DNA of 64,000 bases from an uncultured Pseudomonadales bacterium. Its GTDB lineage: Bacteria; Patescibacteriota; Microgenomatia; UBA1400; MFAQ01. The DNA lies in contig CAZARR010000001.1 in NCBI GenBank assembly GCA_964487665.1, forward strand, positions 19,982 through 83,981, given 5' to 3'. The position numbers and the translations under genes are program-made. Positions within the stretch are counted from its first letter, which is position 1; every line of letters starts with the position of its first letter. The notes beneath the pieces were generated by a model. It was not told where the DNA came from, did no database searches, and was given only the letters and a program-made list of their open reading frames with translations. Positions 38,002-47,843 of this stretch are shown here, one piece after another.

Positions 38002-38486
38002 GCCAGTTCAGAGTAGCAGATATCATTAAGCGCATGGGGATACAGCATGCAGTACAGGTACAGCATAAGATATGCCCACAATGGATAAAAGACTATGCTG
38101 CAACGGTGAAAGGCTACTGTTACGCCGTGAGCTTAGTGCGTAACCACCAGTCGCTTGTGAGTGGCGATATGGTGCTGATGGAGGAGCCTACTATGGTGGA
38201 TATAGGCTTCAAAGGAGCGATGAACGCTATCATCAACAGACAATCATTGAAGAGAGCGATATTCAACCACGATGGTCGCGTTGAGACGACAAAGACGTAT
38301 GATGTATCGGTGGAGCTATACCCGTACATGATAGTAGATGGTAAGACAGTGCCGGTGGAGAGCTACGTCCTACTACACGATGGAGAGGATAGCATATTGT
38401 TCTATCCTTACAGCACAGGCTTGCCTAAGAAAGAGCATGCAAGCAAAGATGATAACATATTCACAACCAAAACAAACAAGGAGTAA
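37998..38486 (+). CDS. Hypothetical protein
   Basis: AAGGAG RBS, coupled. Confidence 0.65.
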   Translation: MSQFRVADIIKRMGIQHAVQVQHKICPQWIKDYAATVKGYCYAVSLVRNHQSLVSGDMVLMEEPTMVDIGFKGAMNAIINRQSLKRAIFNHDGRVETTKTYDVSVELYPYMIVDGKTVPVESYVLLHDGEDSILFYPYSTGLPKKEHASKDDNIFTTKTNKE

Positions 38487-38490
38487 CATC

Positions 38491-39051
38491 ATGTCGCAAG
38501 AAACAGCAAAAAAGTATTACGCATTCGGTTCAGCAGTACAAGAGGGTGTTTTGTTCAACGATACAGAGTTCAATGGTAAAACGATAGTCGCTTTCCGTCG
38601 CATAACGGATACGATGTATGGCTTCACGCTCAACGTTGATGTGACAACGAGCGAAAAGGACGCCAATGGTCATAGCGTAGTAGCAGAGAAGCGTTCTTTG
38701 CAGTTCACCATATCTGTTAAGAATGGTGCATCCGAGATAGCACAGTTGAAAGACAAGCTGTTCGGTGGTGATAAGAAAGTGTTTGTGCGTGTGTCTTATG
38801 CGCCCGAGTTCTACAAGGATAAAGAGGGCAAGTATGTGACAAGCCTCAAAGCACTGAACATAGAGTTGAAAGATGTAGAGAATAACGGAATCCTTGACAA
38901 GGCGATAGAACGCCTCACAAGCCAGAAGACGTACTTGGAGAACAGACGTAAAGAGATGGAGAAGAACGGCATTGTTAAGCCGGTGAAGAAAGAGGAGCCT
39001 GTTGTGCAAGAGAACAAGAGCAACGACTACGATGAAGACCTACCGTTCTAA
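38491..39051 (+). CDS. ssb: Single-stranded DNA-binding protein
   Basis: OB-like beta pattern, acidic tail DYDEDLPF; near Sak. Confidence 0.7.
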   Translation: MSQETAKKYYAFGSAVQEGVLFNDTEFNGKTIVAFRRITDTMYGFTLNVDVTTSEKDANGHSVVAEKRSLQFTISVKNGASEIAQLKDKLFGGDKKVFVRVSYAPEFYKDKEGKYVTSLKALNIELKDVENNGILDKAIERLTSQKTYLENRRKEMEKNGIVKPVKKEEPVVQENKSNDYDEDLPF

Positions 39052-39069
39052 GGTAGGGTAATGATGCAA

Positions 39070-39101
39070 CGGGCGTATGGGCAACTGTACGCCCCTTTTT
39101 T
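39070..39101 (+). terminator. Intrinsic terminator
   Basis: GGGCGTATGG-GCAA-CTGTACGCCC followed by CTTTTTT. Confidence 0.8.
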
Positions 39102-39104
39102 ATC

Positions 39105-39347
39105 ATGGTAGAAAAAGACTTAGATAGAGAATATAGAGAGTACCTGAATGATATATTCTCTATAGACCCATATCTGCAATCACGCACTGTTATGTACCTC
39201 ACCAACAAAGAGCGTAGTGAGCATATATCGGAAGATGAACTGATTGATGCGTGCGCTAATAGAGGTATGGGTGATATACTGAAACGGCTTGACCCTAATG
39301 CTTACAATGTAGGCTTTCGTGAATGGGTTGAAGAAAACGGATACTAA
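39105..39347 (+). CDS. Hypothetical protein
   Basis: 80 aa; LKRLDPNAYNVGFREW is a motif common in small phage proteins. Confidence 0.7.
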   Translation: MVEKDLDREYREYLNDIFSIDPYLQSRTVMYLTNKERSEHISEDELIDACANRGMGDILKRLDPNAYNVGFREWVEENGY

Positions 39348-39348
39348 T

Positions 39349-40131
39349 ATGCAGCTAAAGGAGATACGACAAGAGGGCGACTGCTTCTACTGTGGCGACT
39401 ACTTGGTAGGTGTCGTCAATAGGATTGACAAGGTAACGATGCTGATGTCAGGACACGAGTCTATAGCTTATTACTTCAAGGTGATGGAGATAGAAGAGTT
39501 CAGACAGCATTGGACAGACGGATGGCATAATCGGTTTGTACGCAAGTGTGGTGATGGTGTAGTGTGTAGCCATGAGAAACGACTACATGAAAGCATGGTT
39601 ACATACACAGATGAGGAGCGTAACAGCTACTACGTGTATAATAACGAAGGTGGTAAGATAAAGCAGGGGATACTTAACGTGATAGCTAGTGATAGCTCAT
39701 ACTTCAAGGTGTCTAAGATAGAGATAGAACCTTGGAATGAGTATAAAGTGCATCACAAAGGAGCAAAGGGGCACTATCTATTCAAGGACTTCTACGATAG
39801 CCACTGGCTGTTCGAGCAGTCATGCAAAGTGAAGGAGATGATACGGCAAGGAGGGTACTACTATATGTTCAACCACGAGAAGATATACAAGGTGTGCCGT
39901 AACAAGCATGAGACGTATAGCAGCAGAGAGGGAGAACATTGGTATATGATGCCACAGCACTACTATCCTGTATATAAAGACAAGATACTCGTGAAGACGA
40001 TGAAAGAGAAGTGCGAGGAGTTGGACAACATCTACGCACTGATGGATAGCTTCAACGATGACAGCAACGCTTTAGGTAAGACACTACTAAAGGCGTACTA
40101 CAAACAACACAAAGGAGGCAACAATGAATGA
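39349..40131 (+). CDS. Hypothetical protein
   Basis: C-terminal LMDSFNDDSNALGKTLL motif. Confidence 0.7.
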   Translation: MQLKEIRQEGDCFYCGDYLVGVVNRIDKVTMLMSGHESIAYYFKVMEIEEFRQHWTDGWHNRFVRKCGDGVVCSHEKRLHESMVTYTDEERNSYYVYNNEGGKIKQGILNVIASDSSYFKVSKIEIEPWNEYKVHHKGAKGHYLFKDFYDSHWLFEQSCKVKEMIRQGGYYYMFNHEKIYKVCRNKHETYSSREGEHWYMMPQHYYPVYKDKILVKTMKEKCEELDNIYALMDSFNDDSNALGKTLLKAYYKQHKGGNNE

Positions 40132-40483
40132 GCAGGAAGTGAAAGACCTTGAAGCAAAGGCAATGAAGAGCCAAACGTTGATAAGCGAGATAATAGAGAT
40201 AGAGAAAGACATCTATCTTTTAGAGATGTACAGCAAGGTTGATGGTGAGATAAGTGCTGGAAATGATATGAACGCTTGTCCGAAGAAGATAGTGTTGCGT
40301 GGCTCTACGAAAGACCGAGCGAACACAAGAGAGATAGAGGTTGGTAGCTATTATTGGATGCAGATGGTATGCCGTATTCTGACCGACAAGAAAGCAGAGC
40401 TTGACAATAAGCGCCGTCAGCTTGATGAGATGTTCGTAAAGAACATATATGGTGTCGAACCAAAACAAACAAAGGAGGACTAA
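40124..40483 (+). CDS. Hypothetical protein
   Basis: AGGAGG RBS. Confidence 0.7.
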   Translation: MNEQEVKDLEAKAMKSQTLISEIIEIEKDIYLLEMYSKVDGEISAGNDMNACPKKIVLRGSTKDRANTREIEVGSYYWMQMVCRILTDKKAELDNKRRQLDEMFVKNIYGVEPKQTKED

Positions 40484-40484
40484 C

Positions 40485-41342
40485 ATGGGACTATGGTTAG
40501 GAAAGGACCTATATGACTACAATAGTGGTCAAAAGGTAAGAGTAGTCGAAGACCTGAATGAGCATCAGGTTATCGTTCGTGACATCGAGATACAACATGG
40601 AACAGGTAACATGTTCAATGAGCGTGTTACTGGAGACAAGAGAGCTGTTGATGTATCAACCCTTAGAGAAACATGGGAGGAATGCGGCGCCTATAACTGG
40701 TATCTATATAAGTGCAGAGTGCTTGAAATGGAAATAAAGAATAAAACTAAAGAGGTTGCTGACACAAAAATACAGATTGATAAAGATAAACAAGCGTTAT
40801 CAATCGAAAGAGACTACAACAGAGGAGTGTTGAAGTGGCTCAAAGAGATGAACAAAGACGAGAACCTGAAACAATGGGCTGAATGGTTCAAGACGATGAT
40901 GGGTGTCATAGATGGTACAATGAAATGGGCACTCATTACACATGAACATGCAACTCCAAAAGTAGTGCCACTTGACAAGTACCTATGGTGCGACAGTCAA
41001 ACGAGCAATGTACCTATGGTGTCACTGTTTGGCATGAAAAGCAGTGGAAAACCTATGATATGCAAGAACTCGTATCCAGATGGTAGCGGTTCATGGTGGA
41101 CATCGTTTGAGGTGTTCGAGACGGAGCAACAAGCGAAGGACAGAGCGTGTGAGATAATGTCTACAAGAAAGTCGATATCTGACCTTGAAGCCATGAAGAG
41201 CATAGGCTATAAGCCCACCAAGGAACAGATTGAACACTACAACAGTGGAGCATACGGCAAGATAGAGTACATTAAAAACGAAATAGCTAAAAAGATGCAG
41301 GAAGTAGAACGTCTGCAACAAACAATCATCAAGGAGGACTAA
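40485..41342 (+). CDS. Hypothetical protein
   Basis: Flanked by a 14-nt direct repeat AAGGAGGACTAACA. Confidence 0.75.
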   Translation: MGLWLGKDLYDYNSGQKVRVVEDLNEHQVIVRDIEIQHGTGNMFNERVTGDKRAVDVSTLRETWEECGAYNWYLYKCRVLEMEIKNKTKEVADTKIQIDKDKQALSIERDYNRGVLKWLKEMNKDENLKQWAEWFKTMMGVIDGTMKWALITHEHATPKVVPLDKYLWCDSQTSNVPMVSLFGMKSSGKPMICKNSYPDGSGSWWTSFEVFETEQQAKDRACEIMSTRKSISDLEAMKSIGYKPTKEQIEHYNSGAYGKIEYIKNEIAKKMQEVERLQQTIIKED

Positions 41343-41346
41343 CAAC

Positions 41347-43455
41347 ATGAGCAACGAAAAGAAAGGCGCAGGTCGCCCAGCAAACCCTGTATTAGCAACA
41401 GTACGCAAAGAAGATGTAGTGATGGAGCGCAATGTACGCCACCGTCACCTATGGGACGTAGAGGGCTATGACCCCAACGATGTGTCGCTCTATGGCGATA
41501 GCTTACAGAAGATATGGGATAGCGTACAAGACCAATGGGATAACAAGGTGCTACGCTACACACAGACGCCTATCATGTACAAGCGTGAAGACGGTAAGTA
41601 CGTTCCGCAGGTAGGCAACACGCGCACGCTGGCATGGCTGACATACAGCAAGGACGACCAAGAGATGGCTGTCGAGGTACGCAGCAAAGAGATGAGCGAG
41701 GAGGAGCGCCTATCGGAGAACACCATACGTACCGACATGACCGAGCTCTCCATTGCATATACGCTGTACGGCAAGAAAGGAGCAGAGTACAAGCGTGCCG
41801 TCATAGCAACAGGCTGGGGCGAGACCAAGTGTAAGCAGTGGACACACATCATGGCTACGCTGCCTAAGAGCTACTGGCTGTGGATAGAGCAGAAGCGCAT
41901 CACAATAGACACCGCTATCGAGCTATGCACACAGGATAAACGCCTCATCGCTTTCCTTGAGGGCGCACTCAAAGGCAATGATGTATGCGAGGATGCAGAT
42001 GGCGACCGTTGGAGAAAAGGAGTTCGATTCTTGCTATACAAAGCTATTGGTCATGGAGTAGAAATCATACAGCAAGATAGTATGTTGGTGCAAGAGCCCG
42101 TCATTATGCCTATATCCGATGCTGACTTCGCTATACCGTACAACGATGGCATGACGACCGACTGGTACGTGATAGATAGAGAGGCGTACCGCAGTTGGTA
42201 CGATGAGCGCAAAGCTGCACTGCTCAAACGCTGGGGCTTGGACGATATACAGGAAGGAGAAGAATATCGCGGTGGCGTAGCTTACGAGAGCAACCGCATA
42301 CAGTACGAGCCCTACCTTGGCAAAGGGAAGGCATGGTGGTACAACCACTACGTCATGGTACAGGTGAAAGACAAGGCGGAGCAGCAGGTCAATAAGGTAG
42401 AGAAGCTATCGCAGGCAGCAGATAAGGCAAAGGCTGCCGAGTATGCCGACAAGCAGCTATCGAAAGAGGCGCAGAACATACTCGAAAAGTCGCGCGACAC
42501 ACTAACACATGAGGAGCTTATGGAGATGCTAAAGGTGGAGCACAGTATGCACAAGGATGCTACGTTGCATACCCTACTCTACTGTCTGCTGTCATGGCGC
42601 GGGTCGTTCCTACGTGAGAGTACCAAGCGAATGCTGATGCCGGATTATGACCGCCGTTATGCCCGCCTGATGGAGCAGTACATGGATGAGAAGCAAGAGA
42701 TGTTAGGTGCAGAGATGGAGGCGTTGCGTAAGAAGAAGAAAGCAAGCGTTGATATCTTCTTCGCTCCACATGTATTCATACCTTGGCAGACATACGCTGC
42801 CGATGTGCTTGCAGGGCATTGCTTCTGGGTCAATGGTGAGGCGATGAAACACATCAAGGAGCAGTGTAAGATACTCGGTATATCCGTATCTTGGCACGAC
42901 AAAGAGAAGGCATGCGCCATGATAAAACGAGGCTTGGATAAGTGGACTACGAAGTGGAACGAGGATGAGCGTGCTATGTATGAGCATAAGAACAAGCAAT
43001 GGTCTGACACCAAGGAGGTGATGAGAGGCTATGCACAGCACCTTGCACTATGGCTTGGCGAGGATATCGACGATGAGAACGGTCGTGTGGTGTGCCAGAC
43101 GAGCTACGATGCTATCAACAAGGCGTTCATTGACTTCATACACAAGTGGTACAAGCGTGATGTGTATCTCAAGTGGATGGGCAAACCGATAGCGCAGTGG
43201 TGTGGCGAGCGTGCCGATGGTGGTAAGCAAGTGTATGATGTGATACTCGTCATGGTGTCATGGCTGATGGATAACAAGCAGCGTGTACCTAACTACGGCG
43301 AGACACCCACAAGCCCTATGCCGGAGAAGAAGGTACAGGTGGTAGAGACGACAACGGAGATGGAAGAGGAAGAGGACTACGATGAAAGCGAGTTCATCAT
43401 GGATGACGCTGATGATGACAGAGATTACTCAATGATGGAAGATATGGGTGACTAA
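41347..43455 (+). CDS. Long ParB/Srx-domain protein
   Basis: N-terminal NVRH...L..I...QTPIMY....Y....GNTRTLAW...SENTIRTDMT.L is the ParB-N pattern; acidic tail. Confidence 0.7.
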   Translation: MSNEKKGAGRPANPVLATVRKEDVVMERNVRHRHLWDVEGYDPNDVSLYGDSLQKIWDSVQDQWDNKVLRYTQTPIMYKREDGKYVPQVGNTRTLAWLTYSKDDQEMAVEVRSKEMSEEERLSENTIRTDMTELSIAYTLYGKKGAEYKRAVIATGWGETKCKQWTHIMATLPKSYWLWIEQKRITIDTAIELCTQDKRLIAFLEGALKGNDVCEDADGDRWRKGVRFLLYKAIGHGVEIIQQDSMLVQEPVIMPISDADFAIPYNDGMTTDWYVIDREAYRSWYDERKAALLKRWGLDDIQEGEEYRGGVAYESNRIQYEPYLGKGKAWWYNHYVMVQVKDKAEQQVNKVEKLSQAADKAKAAEYADKQLSKEAQNILEKSRDTLTHEELMEMLKVEHSMHKDATLHTLLYCLLSWRGSFLRESTKRMLMPDYDRRYARLMEQYMDEKQEMLGAEMEALRKKKKASVDIFFAPHVFIPWQTYAADVLAGHCFWVNGEAMKHIKEQCKILGISVSWHDKEKACAMIKRGLDKWTTKWNEDERAMYEHKNKQWSDTKEVMRGYAQHLALWLGEDIDDENGRVVCQTSYDAINKAFIDFIHKWYKRDVYLKWMGKPIAQWCGERADGGKQVYDVILVMVSWLMDNKQRVPNYGETPTSPMPEKKVQVVETTTEMEEEEDYDESEFIMDDADDDRDYSMMEDMGD

Positions 43456-43464
43456 CAGTAAGAC

Positions 43465-43509
43465 GGTGGGACACGCCCTATTACATGGTGGTAGGGCGTT
43501 GCACCCACT
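43465..43509 (+). other. Intergenic hairpin without U-tract (processing/stability site)
   Basis: GGTGGG..ACGCCCTATT-ACATGGT-GGTAGGGCGT..CCCACT. Confidence 0.5.
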
Positions 43510-43530
43510 ATAAAACAAAGGAATAGAAAC

Positions 43531-43977
43531 ATGGATAAGAAGAGACTACAAGGGTTGTTCGACCCTGACCGCAGCCCGGAGAAAAGACAGCAAGACGCCT
43601 TAACGCTTGCAAGCCACATGGTGATGACACGCATCGGCTTGGAGGTTGTCAAGCAAGCTGGACAGAGTGCTATAGACTTCATACGCATAAACAGGTACAA
43701 CCTGCCTAACGTGGTCAGTAGGCTCAAGCTGATGGTGCAGTTCGCTAAGAACAACAAAGATGTCTATGACAAAGACATAGTAGATACGCACATAAGAAAG
43801 GACAAGGTGAAAGAGGATATGGATAGTACCAGTATGCTACAAGGTGCTGCTTTTGTCGATGTGCTCGGCATAGCAGCATCATTACATCCTGACGACATAG
43901 ATGAGTTCTGTGATGAGATACGGGCTGTGAAAGACAGGCTTGTAGCAAAAAGAATGGAGGATAACAATGGAGACTAA
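43531..43977 (+). CDS. Hypothetical protein
   Basis: 148 aa. Confidence 0.7.
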   Translation: MDKKRLQGLFDPDRSPEKRQQDALTLASHMVMTRIGLEVVKQAGQSAIDFIRINRYNLPNVVSRLKLMVQFAKNNKDVYDKDIVDTHIRKDKVKEDMDSTSMLQGAAFVDVLGIAASLHPDDIDEFCDEIRAVKDRLVAKRMEDNNGD

Positions 43978-44704
43978 AGGCACACGCTTCTTGCGCTCGT
44001 TGGTGGCTGGGTGGATAGAAGACCACGACACCAAGCATGACAGCGACCCACCAAAGGCGTTACACCATATGTGGATACTACAGGTCTATGCTCACGAGGG
44101 CTGTACATACGAGAACATACACGAGATAGCCCGCATCATGGTCGAGATAGACGTCGCTTGTGCAGGAAAGACAAGCATGAACTACTACTTACTGAATGCC
44201 TTTCGTAACATACTGCCACGTCTATACGAAGCACTCGGCATGGGTGACATAGAGGTTGATTCAGACCAAGACGATGAACAGAGAGAGCATCTTATCATAA
44301 AGCCTGACATAGACGATAACCCTATGTTCGGCTTTGATAGCTACCTGACAGACTACATCGAAAGCGAAGCGAACCGTGAGCCGCGCACACAAGATGATGG
44401 TGATAACAACATACCACTTCTTAGTCAGACCGACATAGCTACTTACTACTGCTGGACACTGAATAAGGCACAGGTGGAACGACTGCTACGTAAGCATAAG
44501 GATATCAACGGCTTGCCTTACAAAACACATGACAATGGTAGGCAGTTTGTCAGCATCTACGGCACTGTCAAGGAGCGAGATGGCGAGAAGTACATATCTA
44601 TCTACGACTACGAAGACGGCTATCGCATGGCTCTCGATGCGGGTTATGGCGATGAGCTTATAGCAGCGGCGATGGTACACCTACAACAGGAGGCTAAGAT
44701 ATGA
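43967..44704 (+). CDS. Hypothetical protein
   Basis: GGAGG RBS. Confidence 0.7.
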   Translation: METKGTRFLRSLVAGWIEDHDTKHDSDPPKALHHMWILQVYAHEGCTYENIHEIARIMVEIDVACAGKTSMNYYLLNAFRNILPRLYEALGMGDIEVDSDQDDEQREHLIIKPDIDDNPMFGFDSYLTDYIESEANREPRTQDDGDNNIPLLSQTDIATYYCWTLNKAQVERLLRKHKDINGLPYKTHDNGRQFVSIYGTVKERDGEKYISIYDYEDGYRMALDAGYGDELIAAAMVHLQQEAKI

Positions 44705-44892
44705 ACAACAGCAAGTGTAAGGTCAAGGTAGAGATACACGATGGCATGGTGCGCATCATCGTCAAGGCAGATGATGGTCGTGCCTTCGAGTTCGACATGA
44801 AGCCGGAGGTGGCATGCAGCCTCGCAGATAAGCTACACAGTGCAGTGTTTGCACTAATGAAAAAGGTAAAGGAGGTACATGAAGCTACATAA
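44701..44892 (+). CDS. Hypothetical protein
   Basis: AGGAGG RBS. Confidence 0.65.
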   Translation: MNNSKCKVKVEIHDGMVRIIVKADDGRAFEFDMKPEVACSLADKLHSAVFALMKKVKEVHEAT

Positions 44893-45412
44893 GGCGCTCA
44901 AGAGCTTCGGCATAGCACTACTATCATTCACTGCTGCTACGCTGGCAGCTAAGGGGCTGACCGATGATGACATACAGACGGTGATGTACATACGCGAGGA
45001 GTGGACTGTACGACCGAAGCGACGACCGCGACAGGTGAAGGAGTGGCGCGATGCTATCGACTGGGCAGACCTACAGCTTGAGGTGCGCGAGGTGATGGTG
45101 CTGATACTGCTCGACCACGAGGATAACGTCATTAACACATACCGAGTGGCAGAGGGGAGTCGCGATAACGTAGCAGTGTGTAAGCAACTGATACTAGAGC
45201 ATATCATAGCCAACAGAGCATGTAAGGCTATACTGGTGCATAACCACCCACGCGGTGGTAGCGTGAGCGATAAGGACGTGTCGTTCACTAAGACGATGAT
45301 AGATGCTATCAGCCACCATAACTGCCGTCTATTGGAGCACTATGTCGATACGCACGATAGGGTCTATGGTATCATAAACAAAGAAAGCTATAACAAGGAG
45401 GACAAAGCATGA
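44879..45412 (+). CDS. RadC-like JAB/MPN domain protein
   Basis: REVMVLILLD..N.VI, ILVHNHPRG...S..D...T, LLEHY (E..HxH..S..D). Confidence 0.88.
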   Translation: MKLHKALKSFGIALLSFTAATLAAKGLTDDDIQTVMYIREEWTVRPKRRPRQVKEWRDAIDWADLQLEVREVMVLILLDHEDNVINTYRVAEGSRDNVAVCKQLILEHIIANRACKAILVHNHPRGGSVSDKDVSFTKTMIDAISHHNCRLLEHYVDTHDRVYGIINKESYNKEDKA

Positions 45413-46341
45413 GAAGCATCATAGGACTAAAAGTGAGCAGCAAGGACTTCATAAGCCTTACTAACAACCCGCTTGTCAATAGGACAGGGTACTTGTCGAC
45501 GTATAACGACCGTTTCAACAGACTACCTATCTATCGCTCCACGATAAGCGATACAGAGATAAGATGTGGCGTTACGTCTATCGATATAGAGTATTCTATG
45601 CATCTATTAGCATCGTGTATTGCAATAGGTTTGGGTGAAGGGCATGAAGTAGAGATGGAAGTGATGGGTCTTGAGCACAACGCACCTGATAGTGAGCGGC
45701 GCATAGGAGACTGCATCTATGCTGTACAGATACGCTATGACAATGCGTTGTACATAGGTTCAGTGCGTCGTTATGACATATCTTCTGGGAAAGGTCATAT
45801 ATCGTGGGAGCTATATGCAGAGAAGCAAGACACGGAGCTATATGGTGATGATGTGATATACTGTGGCGAAGACTACGAGTGCGACAACTACGTTGATGTG
45901 TTGCAATCGTTGCCACTATCGTCGCGTCAGTGCTTCAACTGTGGGCTACCACCAGAGCAGCATAAGACATGGTTGGAGAACGCCGAGAACCACTTACAGC
46001 AAGAGCAGCAGCAGGCACAAGAAGAGGACGAGTGTGAGGCAGCGAACAACGATGAGGTCGTCGAGGTGCTGATGTACGACGGGCACGAGATGCGCCTCAA
46101 GATACTCAAGGGAGTAAGCGATGGTATCATATACTCATTCGTCGAGGGCTACATACAAGAGAAGAAGTATGATAGCGCCAAGAAGCGTAGCTACAACTAC
46201 GACATGTACAACATGATGCGTAACACAGACGGCACACGCCGTCAGGTAGAGATGAAAGGAGAGAACGGTGAGCACTGGCGCGGAACCTTTGAGCAGCTAC
46301 TCGATGGCTCCGATAAGCTGGTGATGACGAGAACGAAGTAG
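45409..46341 (+). CDS. Hypothetical protein
   Basis: 310 aa. Confidence 0.7.
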   Translation: MRSIIGLKVSSKDFISLTNNPLVNRTGYLSTYNDRFNRLPIYRSTISDTEIRCGVTSIDIEYSMHLLASCIAIGLGEGHEVEMEVMGLEHNAPDSERRIGDCIYAVQIRYDNALYIGSVRRYDISSGKGHISWELYAEKQDTELYGDDVIYCGEDYECDNYVDVLQSLPLSSRQCFNCGLPPEQHKTWLENAENHLQQEQQQAQEEDECEAANNDEVVEVLMYDGHEMRLKILKGVSDGIIYSFVEGYIQEKKYDSAKKRSYNYDMYNMMRNTDGTRRQVEMKGENGEHWRGTFEQLLDGSDKLVMTRTK

Positions 46342-47001
46342 ATGAACAACGGGGCTATCACAAACGGTAGCCCCACTTTTTATATGCAACTGACACAAGC
46401 AGACAGAGACAGCATACGCGAAGCGATAGAACGCGAGATGCAGAACGAAGCGATGTACCAAGGGCTTACCAATGGGCACTCATATAAGATATGGGAGATG
46501 ATGCACGGTAAGACGAAGGGCACTACGATAGCGGAGGTCATAAAGGCAGTGATGTGGTTATGGTATAGCAATAACCTTAGCATCTTGAACATAGCAATAC
46601 CATGGCACTATCTATTCGTCAAGAAGATAGGCGATAAGCTGATGTCGTACACGACGGGTTCTGGTAGCATTGATGCTTACGAGTGCGTCGTCAAGATACT
46701 AGAAGAGATAGAGCTACCTTGTATCATGGTGTGGGTAAACAGCAACCAGCAGCCGGCAGAGGTGGTGCACATGCCACTGTTTCAGTGCGGTGATACAATG
46801 TATGTTGATGGCGAGCCAGCAGGTGTAATAGTAGCCATAGAGCGCAATATATTGGCACCAAGCGTACCATATACATATACATTAAAGAACGGTATATGTG
46901 TGAATATATATGCAGATAGTGGAAAGAATGGTGAGTACACAGGATTTACTCGTGAAGGAGATAGTTTTCAAGTGTCTAAACACAAGGAGGATAAAGCATG
47001 A
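46342..47001 (+). CDS. Hypothetical protein
   Basis: 219 aa, abutting the upstream stop. Confidence 0.7.
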   Translation: MNNGAITNGSPTFYMQLTQADRDSIREAIEREMQNEAMYQGLTNGHSYKIWEMMHGKTKGTTIAEVIKAVMWLWYSNNLSILNIAIPWHYLFVKKIGDKLMSYTTGSGSIDAYECVVKILEEIELPCIMVWVNSNQQPAEVVHMPLFQCGDTMYVDGEPAGVIVAIERNILAPSVPYTYTLKNGICVNIYADSGKNGEYTGFTREGDSFQVSKHKEDKA

Positions 47002-47843
47002 GCCTATACAACACAAGCACTCCTTCAGAAGCGTTAAAGAGCAGCTACGATTCGTTCTACAGACCAAAAGACTTCTTACCGCAAGATGAAGAGAGTATTA
47101 ACAACCTATTGATGCAGCGCCGGCAGTTAGATGGTTTAACAGTCAAATACATCAAGCATCTATATATTGCAGATGTAAAGAAATGTATAGACCTACTCGC
47201 ATCTGCACGTCATACAGAGTCGAACGTGGACTTGGCTCTAAGCCTTATGTTCAACGAAGACTTCATAGCGATGCATGAATGGAAAGACTTGATAGCGATG
47301 CATGAATGGAAAGACTTGATGAGCACGCTTGAGAAGCAAGATGGATGGCTATTATCGGAACGTGCACAGATGGTACTACAGCTTTTCTTCGGTCTTGAGG
47401 CTGCCATTAAGATAGCGATGTTGTACGAAGTAAAAGATAGGTATATATCGAATATCAGGATACATAGCCACCAAAGAGGATGTTCTTATATGTCGATAGA
47501 GTTCTCATTACGACACAACAACATAGAAGTATCAACTCATCATGTACGTAACCTACAAGCCAACTGCTATGACGATGTAAAAGATAGTGAGATGACACTA
47601 TTGGCTTTCATGGAGCATATCATAGAGCGTGGCTTTGCACTGGCTCATATCGTAGCACAGATAGCTCGTAAGCAAGAGGAGATTAGTGACATGATGAATA
47701 CACGGTTTAGTGCTTTTCGTGATCTTATAGTGTATCCAAAAGAGCCAAATGATGGTGCAGAGCTTATACGAGAGGCATTCAGCGAAGCTCGGGTGATGAT
47801 GAGTAACGAAAAGCTTAAAAAGATAGGAGGCTACAATGAATGA
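46998..47843 (+). CDS. Hypothetical protein with a 9-aa tandem duplication
   Basis: IAMHEWKDL twice. Confidence 0.7.
   Translation: MSLYNTSTPSEALKSSYDSFYRPKDFLPQDEESINNLLMQRRQLDGLTVKYIKHLYIADVKKCIDLLASARHTESNVDLALSLMFNEDFIAMHEWKDLIAMHEWKDLMSTLEKQDGWLLSERAQMVLQLFFGLEAAIKIAMLYEVKDRYISNIRIHSHQRGCSYMSIEFSLRHNNIEVSTHHVRNLQANCYDDVKDSEMTLLAFMEHIIERGFALAHIVAQIARKQEEISDMMNTRFSAFRDLIVYPKEPNDGAELIREAFSEARVMMSNEKLKKIGGYNE
47265..47318 (+). repeat. Perfect 27-bp tandem duplication
   Basis: ATAGCGATGCATGAATGGAAAGACTTG twice. Confidence 0.95.
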
